Source: Patescibacteria group bacterium
Lineage (GTDB): Bacteria > Patescibacteriota > Patescibacteriia > 2-01-FULL-39-33
Reading direction: 5' to 3'
Assembly (NCBI GenBank): GCA_041649575.1
Contig: JBAZMW010000002.1
Location: forward strand, 202,792-234,791
DNA length: 32,000 nucleotides
Under the pieces are notes generated by a model. The model searched no databases, was not told where the DNA came from, and was given only the letters and a program-made list of their open reading frames with translations. Every line of letters starts with the position of its first letter. Within the stretch, counting starts at the first letter, position 1. Position numbers and translations under genes: made by a program. Positions 18,542-25,432 of the stretch are shown here, in pieces.

Positions 18542-18551
18542 GCAGCCTTAA

Positions 18552-18846
18552 TAAAAAAAGCAGCTCCGCGAGTTGTGTTTATGCGACAGCACAACTCTAC
18601 GGAGCTTTGCAGGAGGAAAAGCCATGAGACTGGGAGGGCTCACGGACTTCTCGGTGGTGGTCAAGATCGGATTCGATCAAAACCTCCTTGGTGATAGACT
18701 ATTCCGGTGTCAGCCAGAGCCGGTGTTACCTTACCTGGGCTGTTTGGGCGAAATCCTTGCGGATCTCGCCATCTGTGACTGAATCGAACTCTCTCTGCTA
18801 CGGACACGACCTGGCTGACACCGGAAGATCTGGGTCGAATGTACTT
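18552..18846 (-). ncRNA. candidate structured ncRNA of about 295 nt (unassigned family)
   Basis: Minus-strand TTGACA-N17-TATCTT promoter; 16-bp perfect helix (18811-18826 with 18702-18717); internal 10-bp helix with GCAA tetraloop (18747-18770); terminal hairpin plus T-run at the 3' end. Confidence 0.7.
18562..18606 (-). terminator. intrinsic terminator of the minus-strand ncRNA candidate
   Basis: Minus strand AGCTCCG-tag-AGTTGTG...CACAACT-cg-CGGAGCT-GC-TTTTTTT (T-run at plus 18553-18559). Confidence 0.85.
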
Positions 18847-18852
18847 ACTTAA

Positions 18853-18881
18853 AAGATAACAAGCTATAAATAACTTGTCAA
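18853..18881 (-). promoter_or_regulatory. sigma70-like promoter for the minus-strand ncRNA candidate
   Basis: -35 TTGACA (18881-18876), 17-nt spacer, -10 TATCTT (18858-18853). Confidence 0.7.
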
Positions 18882-18895
18882 GTGAAAATCCGATC

Positions 18896-19495
18896 ATGAA
18901 CTATCCCAAGTCAATTCAAAATTTAATCAATCAGTTTGCCAAACTCCCCAGTATCGGCCCCAAAACCGCCGAACGGCTGGTTTTTTATTTGCTGAAAAAA
19001 TCGGAAACCGAACTGCGTCAATTCGGGGAAGCCATCGAACAAGCGAAAAATAATGTCAAAATCTGTGCTGTCTGCTTCAATTTCGCCGAAACCAATCCCT
19101 GCCAAATCTGTTCTAATCCCCATCGCGATCAACAAATCATCTGTGTCGTCTCTAAGCCGCAAGACATTATCGCGCTAGAAAAAACCGGCTCCTATTCCGG
19201 CGTTTATCATGTTTTGGGCGGAAATATTAATACCTTAGACAACCTCGGCCCGGCAGAAATAAGAACTAGTGAATTGGTAAGTAGAATAAAAAAACAAGGA
19301 GCCAAAGAAATCATCTTGGCTCTCAACCCCGATCTCGAAGGCGAAACCACTTCGCTTTATTTAATAAAACTAATCAAACAACTCGCGCCAAAAAAAATCA
19401 CCCGCCTGGGGCGCGGCTTGCCAATGGGAGCCGACCTGGAATATGCCGATGAGATCACCCTGGAAAACGCCTTAAAAGCCAGACAAATATTGTAA
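18896..19495 (+). CDS. recR: recombination protein RecR
   Basis: NYPKSIQNLINQFAKLPSIGPKTAERLVFYLL, CAVCFNFAETNPCQICSNPHRD zinc finger, Toprim region YHVLGGNINTLDNLGP. The ATG at 18896 is a more natural start than the tracked TTG at 18875. Confidence 0.95.
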   Translation: MNYPKSIQNLINQFAKLPSIGPKTAERLVFYLLKKSETELRQFGEAIEQAKNNVKICAVCFNFAETNPCQICSNPHRDQQIICVVSKPQDIIALEKTGSYSGVYHVLGGNINTLDNLGPAEIRTSELVSRIKKQGAKEIILALNPDLEGETTSLYLIKLIKQLAPKKITRLGRGLPMGADLEYADEITLENALKARQIL

Positions 19496-19507
19496 TAAAA
19501 AAATCGA

Positions 19508-19544
19508 CCCCGCACCTAGTAGCTTGTTAGCTTTCGGTGCGGGG
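19508..19544 (-). terminator. intrinsic terminator for the minus-strand unit upstream
   Basis: CCCCGCACC-tagt-AGCT-TGTT-AGCT-ttc-GGTGCGGGG; minus-strand T-run follows (plus A-run ends about 19503). Confidence 0.8.
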
Positions 19545-19667
19545 TACGCTATGATACTTAGACTATACTAATAGTAGGTTCCCCTACCTTTTGCCAGACG
19601 AATGTGCATAATAGCCCTCCTTTCTGCCAGTGGGCCTTCCTACCCACAGGACGTTTGTACAAATGCG

Positions 19668-20051
19668 TTAGGCGGCGGTCGCGGCGGCGGTCGCGTAAAA
19701 TTCGTAACAACCGTCGAGCCTTTCCCCCCGACCCATGAAATACATATATGGGTTGTTGGTACCAGTGCGGTAGCCCAATGGTTCGCACGTCCCTTGATCG
19801 AGGACGGTTTCCATGGTTCCGTTTACCTCGACCAGAATGAAGCGGCTCAAGGTGGCGTTGGGGATGGCATGTGGTTCCTGTGGCTCGATGACGTACACCA
19901 CGAATTTCCCTTTCGCGTTAAGCGCGCTCGCCGGTTTGCGTATTTCGAGCGGTAAATCCATCGAGCAGTTGCGCAACCGGCGGATGACCTCCGCAGCCGG
20001 TAGACGACAGGTCTCGCGGCTGCACATATTTACCAACTGAAGACGAAACAT
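19668..20051 (-). CDS. hypothetical protein, 127 aa, compositionally foreign
   Basis: ATG at 20051 with Shine-Dalgarno GAGGAG about 8 nt upstream; GC-rich third positions (GCG, CCG, CGC codons) unlike neighbours; flanked by promoter and terminator. Confidence 0.65.
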   Translation of the reverse strand: MFRLQLVNMCSRETCRLPAAEVIRRLRNCSMDLPLEIRKPASALNAKGKFVVYVIEPQEPHAIPNATLSRFILVEVNGTMETVLDQGTCEPLGYRTGTNNPYMYFMGRGERLDGCYEFYATAAATAA

Positions 20052-20106
20052 GTGGATCACTCCTCATGTAGCGCTAGCCCTATTGCCAGCGACTGTCGCT
20101 GTCAGT

Positions 20107-20163
20107 GACAGGTACAGTATTTAGGGGATAATTAGTCTTTATGCCATAAATACTACACCTGTC
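20107..20163 (-). promoter_or_regulatory. 5' leader hairpin of the orphan gene
   Basis: RNA arms GACAGGUGUAGUAUUUA (20163-20147) and UAAAUACUGUACCUGUC (20123-20107) form 17 continuous pairs including two G.U. Confidence 0.65.
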
Positions 20164-20181
20164 TTCAAAGTACTGTTTTAT

Positions 20182-20210
20182 AATATATCATATATATAAA
20201 ATTTTGTCAA
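20182..20210 (-). promoter_or_regulatory. sigma70-like promoter of the orphan gene
   Basis: Minus strand TTGACA (20210-20205), 17-nt spacer, TATATT (20187-20182). Confidence 0.65.
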
Positions 20211-20283
20211 ATATATTTATTAATAATAAATGTAAATATTAATAAATATATCTAAAATTAAATAAAATATATTTATCTAAACA

Positions 20284-20315
20284 AAACACACCCGACTTTT
20301 TAATCGGGTGTGTTT
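20284..20315 (-). terminator. intrinsic terminator downstream of rplU
   Basis: AAACACACCCGA / TCGGGTGTGTTT stem with T-rich tail on the minus strand. Confidence 0.85.
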
Positions 20316-20326
20316 GAAAAAATAAT

Positions 20327-20629
20327 TTATATTTTTACTATCTCCACTTCTGTCAGCCGCTGCCGGTGGCCAAACTTCTTGGCTTGTCTGGTTTTGGGCT
20401 TATACTTAACGCCCGTTACCTTTTTGGTCCTGCCTTCGCCAACAATTTTAACCTTTGCTTTCTGCTCCAAAAAAGGGTTGCCGAGCTGCAAATTATCGCC
20501 ATCAGCCAAAAGCAAAACGTCCAAATCCGCCTCGGCGCCAACGGCTGTTCTGATTTTTTCCACTTTAATTTTATCTTTTTCTTTCACTAAATATTGTTTG
20601 CCACCCGTCTTTATTACCGCGATTTTCAT
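20327..20629 (-). CDS. rplU: 50S ribosomal protein L21
   Basis: MKIAVIKTGGKQYLVKEKDKIKVEKI...KVTGVKYKPKTRQAKKFGHRQRLTEVEI. Confidence 0.95.
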   Translation of the reverse strand: MKIAVIKTGGKQYLVKEKDKIKVEKIRTAVGAEADLDVLLLADGDNLQLGNPFLEQKAKVKIVGEGRTKKVTGVKYKPKTRQAKKFGHRQRLTEVEIVKI

Positions 20630-20701
20630 AAAAATCCAAATTATAATTAATAAAAATCTTTCTCCAGCTTACACTTATTTTGTCAAAATGTCAAATAGCC
20701 A

Positions 20702-21166
20702 TTAAAGCTCTATTTTTACCTCGGCGCCAATCTTCAGATGATTTTTCTCCGCCCAGCCGGCATTGACTTCCAGCGCATGATTTACCAATTCCGGCGCTTG
20801 ATAATATACGGCTTTGGCTCCCTTCTCCGGCGGCAATAAATTTTTCTCCCAACCGACCACCTTGTCGTCCCTGATCCAAATGATGTCTAAGGGGAAACGC
20901 ATGCCATTCATCCAAAAATACGGACGATTATAACTGTCAAAAACAAACAGCAGGCCCTCGTCGTCAGCCATGCTGGCCAGGCCGGACAGGCCTTTTTCTC
21001 TTTCGGCGGCGGTTATGGCCAGGCCCACTCTAATCTTCTCCTGGCCAATTATTATGGTTTTCAGGCCATCTTTTTCCCAAAAACCACGACCGCTCAACGC
21101 GGCCGCCGTCAGACCGCCGGCGAAAACAAAAATTAGAAATAAAAAAAGTAGTGTTTTTTTATTCAT
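20702..21166 (-). CDS. DUF192 family secreted protein
   Basis: LAITAAEREKGLSGLASMADDEGLLFVFDSYNRPYFWMNGMRFPLDIIWI. Confidence 0.85.
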   Translation of the reverse strand: MNKKTLLFLFLIFVFAGGLTAAALSGRGFWEKDGLKTIIIGQEKIRVGLAITAAEREKGLSGLASMADDEGLLFVFDSYNRPYFWMNGMRFPLDIIWIRDDKVVGWEKNLLPPEKGAKAVYYQAPELVNHALEVNAGWAEKNHLKIGAEVKIEL

Positions 21167-22229
21167 CGGTTCTGCTGGAGTTGTTCTGATTTTTCAGAGC
21201 GAAAAAAACAATTAAAGCCAGCATCAAAAGCACCATCACTGCTAGGCCGACCAGCTTGCCAAGGCCATGAAAAACGATAGCCAAAGAGCCAAAAACCAGA
21301 GAAATCAAAATAAGCAGCAAAACGGCGCTGGTCTGCGACAAGCCCAGATCCAGCAACCGGAAATGTAAATGTTTTTTGTCGGCATGCGAAAAGGGCGACT
21401 CTTTCCTTAGGAGACGCCAAATCACCACGGCCAAAACATCCAGCGCCGGCAAGCCCAAAACCAACAGGGTGGTGGCGATTTTCGAGCCGGAAATGATTGA
21501 GAGTACGGCCAGAATAAAGCCCAAAAAAACGCTACCGCCCTCGCCCATAAAAATTTTGGCCGGGTGCCAATTAAAAACCAAAAAACCGGCCGTGGCCCCC
21601 AAAATAATCAGCGACCAGATGCCCGTGGCCGACATAGGCACGTCCCAATCCAAACTCAAAAGAAAAATAATAACGCTGGCAATGGCGGCGATGCCCGAAG
21701 CCAAACCATCCAAGCCGTCCAAAAATTTGGTGGTGTACATCATGCCCATCAGCCAAAAAAAAGAAATGATCATTCCTATCGCCGGCGCCAGATAAATTAT
21801 GGCGTTGGCCGGCCCGCCTAAGGGATTGGTGATGTAATTAATTTTAATGCCCAAAAATAAAACCAACAAAGCGGCGGCCACTGGCCAAATAACCTGTTGC
21901 CAGGGTTTTAGTTGATATTTATCATCAAGCCAGCCACCGATCATCAGCAGGGTTCCAGCCGCCAAAACACCAAAAATAAATTGGTCGGGAATTTTGGCGA
22001 AATTGGCCAGGTGGAAAAATCTAAAGACAAACAATACCGCAAAAGAAGCGATAAAAATCGCCAAACCTCCCAAAAGAGGTATTGGCTGGCGATGAATTTT
22101 TCTGTCAGCCGTTGGTTTGTCAATCACCTTGAACTTCAGGGCCAGCTTTATAATCAGAGGCACCAAAAAAAATGACAGCAAAAAACTGGCCAAAATTGCC
22201 ACTAAATAAATAGCCAAATCATCAATCAT
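21159..22229 (-). CDS. MraY/WecA-like glycosyl-1-phosphate transferase
   Basis: DKPTADRKIHRQPIPLLGGLAIFIA, GGWLDDKYQLKPWQQ, TKFLDGLDGLASG, HPAKIFMGEGGSVFLGF. Confidence 0.9.
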   Translation of the reverse strand: MIDDLAIYLVAILASFLLSFFLVPLIIKLALKFKVIDKPTADRKIHRQPIPLLGGLAIFIASFAVLFVFRFFHLANFAKIPDQFIFGVLAAGTLLMIGGWLDDKYQLKPWQQVIWPVAAALLVLFLGIKINYITNPLGGPANAIIYLAPAIGMIISFFWLMGMMYTTKFLDGLDGLASGIAAIASVIIFLLSLDWDVPMSATGIWSLIILGATAGFLVFNWHPAKIFMGEGGSVFLGFILAVLSIISGSKIATTLLVLGLPALDVLAVVIWRLLRKESPFSHADKKHLHFRLLDLGLSQTSAVLLLILISLVFGSLAIVFHGLGKLVGLAVMVLLMLALIVFFALKNQNNSSRTDE

Positions 22230-22239
22230 AGTTAATCGA

Positions 22240-23427
22240 TTATAGTTGACCGCTCTTGATCTTTTGCCTGATTTTTAACATCAAGCTTAAATAAAAATTC
22301 AGATTATTCAAAGTGGCCAGCCGCATTGCCAATGGCTCGTTGGTCTTAAATAGATGGTGCAGATAGGCCTTTGAATAATTTTTTAAATTAGTATCATTAA
22401 TTGGTGATAAATCTGTTTTATATCTAGAATTAAGAATATTTATTGTCTCATAAAAACCTTTATTAAATGTCATCGCGAGGGAGCGTAAGCGACCGTGGCG
22501 ATCCCGCGGAATTACCTCGCTGTGCCTTCTAGTCTCCGCTTGCAACGACAGCTTGCTGATATACAGTCTGCCGTGTCGCGCTTCCCTGGTGGGAATCACG
22601 CAATCAAACATGTCCACTCCCCTCATAACTGCCTCAATAATATTTTCTGGCGTACCCACGCCCATCAAATAGCGCGGTCTGTCTGCCGGCATCTGAAAAA
22701 TTAAATCATCCAAAACGCGGTACATTTCCTGATTGCTCTCGCCAACCGCCAAACCGCCGATAGCATAGCCGTCCCAGCTGAAATTTTTGTCTTCCAGGGC
22801 CACTAGTTCCTCCAGGCTCTCTTTTCTCAAATCGGCATATACTCCGCCTTGGATTATACAAAAAAATAGCTGTTTCACAAAGCTCCGGCTCTTGGGAGCC
22901 GTCCCAATGGCTCTAGCGGCCTGTTTTGCCCATTCTGACGTGAGTTTCACGGCTTTGAGTATCTCTGGCCTCTTGGCTGTCGCTGGCGGGCAAATGTCAA
23001 AAATCATAGCGATATCGGAGCCAATGATTTTCTGGATTGCCAAAACTTTTTTTGGAGTGAATAAATGTTTGGAGCCGTCCAAATGCGATCTGAACTCGAC
23101 TCCCTGGCTCAAAATTTTTCTAATTTTGGCCAGTGAAAAAACCTGAAAACCGCCGCTGTCCGTCAGAATCGGCCCGTCCCAATCCATGAATTTATGCAGA
23201 CCGCCCGCCCTTTTTATCACCTTCAGACCGGGAGTCAGGTACAAATGATAGGTATTGGATAAAATTATCTGTGCCCCTAACTGTCTCAAATCAGCCGCGG
23301 CCAAATTCTTGACAGCCCCCTTGGTGGCAATAGGCATAAAAAACGGCGTGACTATTTCTCCATGCGCCGTTTTCAGCCTGCCCAGTCGTGCCCGGGACTT
23401 CTTTGATTTTTTTATTAGCTTAAACAT
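22240..23427 (-). CDS. tgt: tRNA-guanine transglycosylase (Tgt family), with in-frame insertion
   Basis: TPFFMPIATKGAVKNL, LSNTYHLYLTPG, DGPILTDSGGFQVFSL, GGLAVGE, YLMGVGTPENIIEAVMRGVDMFDCVIPTREARHG, NYSKAYLHHLF. Confidence 0.92.
   Translation of the reverse strand: MFKLIKKSKKSRARLGRLKTAHGEIVTPFFMPIATKGAVKNLAAADLRQLGAQIILSNTYHLYLTPGLKVIKRAGGLHKFMDWDGPILTDSGGFQVFSLAKIRKILSQGVEFRSHLDGSKHLFTPKKVLAIQKIIGSDIAMIFDICPPATAKRPEILKAVKLTSEWAKQAARAIGTAPKSRSFVKQLFFCIIQGGVYADLRKESLEELVALEDKNFSWDGYAIGGLAVGESNQEMYRVLDDLIFQMPADRPRYLMGVGTPENIIEAVMRGVDMFDCVIPTREARHGRLYISKLSLQAETRRHSEVIPRDRHGRLRSLAMTFNKGFYETINILNSRYKTDLSPINDTNLKNYSKAYLHHLFKTNEPLAMRLATLNNLNFYLSLMLKIRQKIKSGQL
22468..22551. repeat. palindromic-repeat-like element inserted in frame in tgt (boundaries approximate)
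   Basis: TGTCATCGCGAGGGAGCGTAAGCGACCGTGGCGATCCCGCGG resembles dispersed TGTCATTGCGAG...GCGAAGCAATC repeats; it encodes LSLQAETRRHSEVIPRDRHGRLRSLAM, which interrupts the expected Tgt sequence. Confidence 0.6.
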
Positions 23428-25406
23428 TATTCTACTATGCCGCTCAATTGCCCTAAAATCGGATCTTCAAAAGCAGTGGTCATGGCATTAACTGTCTTAT
23501 TGATGCTGGCGCCGGTATCCGTATCTTTGGCGGTAAGATTGATGCCGGAAACCAAAATCAAAATTCTTCCCAAATCCTCTTCTTTGGGTGTAATACTGAC
23601 GCTAAAACTGGCTTCCGTGTTCCTGGCGGTTTTGGCCAGACGAGAAATAATCCAGGTCACTTTATTGATACTGGAATCATAAATCAAATCACCCGTGTTA
23701 TGATCTTCTTTGTTTTCCCATTTAATATTTTTGGGCATTGTCGCGACGACCTTTATCTCCTCCACATTATGCAAATTATTGCTTAATTTTAGTCTGATGT
23801 TATAGCTTGATTTTTCTCCCACTTTGGGCTTAATCGGACCAGAGCCCAGAGGAATATTGTCTTCGTTATAATAACGCACCTGGGACAATAAATTTAAATC
23901 GGAATTAATGGAATTTACCACGGTTTTACTTTTAATGTTTGTCTGGCCGCTGGCTTCGCCGGTCTGCTCCATTTGAGCCTCCAAATAGTTTTCCACGCTT
24001 AAGGTGCTAATATTTTGATCGGTTACCGAAGAAGCGTCTTTGACTTTCAGCTGCCAGTTAATCGTTCCTTCTTCGCCCGGGCTCAATTTCAACAACTGGG
24101 GAATTTCTTTGCCGCTCCAGGTAATGGTGTCTTGACCCACCACTCCCTTTTTATTGTTTAAATTCAAGCTTTCCCAATCCAAAATTTGCGAATTAAAATG
24201 AGCAGTCAGCTTGATATTCTTCAAATCTCCCTGGCCAACATTTTTATAATTTAGAGAATAGACCAGTAAATCGCCAAAATTTATCGGCTGATCTTCGGCC
24301 GAACCGTTAATAATCAACTGCAAATTCAGTTGATCCTTCACAATAGTTGTCACGAGAGTTTGCTCGGCCTGAACATAAAGCTCGTCGTTTTTCTTTAGCT
24401 GGATTCTGACTTTGAATTCCCTGTTGCCGTCTTCAACCGTCGCTGAATAGTTGCCTTTTATTTTTATTTTCCCCTCCGCCTTGGCCTCCAACTCCTTGAT
24501 TTCCCAAAGATTATTATTGCCTTCTTTGGCTTCCGGTTCGGCCGAAGTCGCCACGAAACCCTCGGGGTAATCGACAACCATTTCCAAATCTGTCAATTTT
24601 TGTTCGCTTAAATTCTGATAAGTCAGTTCATACTCGATCTCTTGGTTGGCCAGGACTTTTTCCGGTCCGGCGAGGCTAAGGTTAACCAGCGAAGAAGCCA
24701 CTTTGGCATCGACCGCCGCCTCCTGTTTGAAAGTGGCGTTCATGTTGGCCGGCTTGAATTCCAAAACTCCCTTGAAAGTCAGATTGGAGTTAAGCGCCGC
24801 TACCGTTTTGCCTTTGATTTCTATTTTTTGAGTTTCCCCGACTTTCAATAAGCTGAACTCCCAAAGATTATTTTTTTCTCCTTTGGCGGCTGGGTTGGCC
24901 TCCAGATATTCGAAATTATCCGGATAAGTCAGCTCTAGGGTAGCGTTGTACAGATTGACATTTTCTTTGTTGGTTATCAAAACCGTGTAAACAGTTTCTT
25001 GGCCGGAAACCACCGTTAAGGGCGTTTCTATCTTAAAGCTAACTTTTTCATTGGAAAAATTATCTTGATTAAACTTGCTAAAAACCAGAAAGCCGGCTAC
25101 AGCCGCCACCAGCAATATAAACAAAACAATAATCAGAGAATAGATGACCGTTTTCCAGAAAGGCCGCTGTTCTTTGTCTAATCTGGTCAAATCGGGAATT
25201 CCACCGTCACCATCAACATAAACCTCGGTTAAGTCGCGTTGAATATTCTTGGATTTTTTTAATTTGTTTGACATTTTTTTAGGGTCTAGTTTCAATTTAT
25301 TTTTATTTATTAATTTGCTCTCTCCGCCCACTTGCTCGCCGACGGCTTTCTTAAAAAACTTTATCTCCGGCTGATCGGCTGGCTGATTTTTGAATTCTGA
25401 CTCCAT
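23427..25406 (-). CDS. membrane-anchored surface protein with repeated Ig-like/DUF11-like domains
   Basis: Basic N-terminal region, one TM, then repeated domains such as VLANQEIEYELTYQNLSEQKLTDLEMVVDYPEGF and DLLVYSLNYKNVGQGDLKNIKLTAHF. Confidence 0.7.
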   Translation of the reverse strand: MESEFKNQPADQPEIKFFKKAVGEQVGGESKLINKNKLKLDPKKMSNKLKKSKNIQRDLTEVYVDGDGGIPDLTRLDKEQRPFWKTVIYSLIIVLFILLVAAVAGFLVFSKFNQDNFSNEKVSFKIETPLTVVSGQETVYTVLITNKENVNLYNATLELTYPDNFEYLEANPAAKGEKNNLWEFSLLKVGETQKIEIKGKTVAALNSNLTFKGVLEFKPANMNATFKQEAAVDAKVASSLVNLSLAGPEKVLANQEIEYELTYQNLSEQKLTDLEMVVDYPEGFVATSAEPEAKEGNNNLWEIKELEAKAEGKIKIKGNYSATVEDGNREFKVRIQLKKNDELYVQAEQTLVTTIVKDQLNLQLIINGSAEDQPINFGDLLVYSLNYKNVGQGDLKNIKLTAHFNSQILDWESLNLNNKKGVVGQDTITWSGKEIPQLLKLSPGEEGTINWQLKVKDASSVTDQNISTLSVENYLEAQMEQTGEASGQTNIKSKTVVNSINSDLNLLSQVRYYNEDNIPLGSGPIKPKVGEKSSYNIRLKLSNNLHNVEEIKVVATMPKNIKWENKEDHNTGDLIYDSSINKVTWIISRLAKTARNTEASFSVSITPKEEDLGRILILVSGINLTAKDTDTGASINKTVNAMTTAFEDPILGQLSGIVE

Positions 25407-25432
25407 AAATAATAACTTTATTTATAATTGAT

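Noticed and set aside
18573-18782. 69-aa plus-strand ORF between ybaB and recR
   Set aside because: Its start lies inside the terminator hairpin and it runs through perfect RNA inverted repeats; the structured minus-strand RNA explains the region better.
18552-18846. Possible RNase P RNA, from the minus-strand segments GATGGC...CGCAAG and CAGGTAAGG that resemble part of the P10-P12 region
   Set aside because: The other conserved regions (GAGGAAAGTCCGGGC and the ACAGAA...GGCTTA-type motif) are not visible, so the resemblance is probably chance. A covariance search should decide.
19602-19955. 117-aa plus-strand ORF overlapping the orphan gene
   Set aside because: The minus-strand ORF has a better Shine-Dalgarno, promoter and terminator; the plus ORF lacks these signals and is likely an artefact of GC-rich codons.
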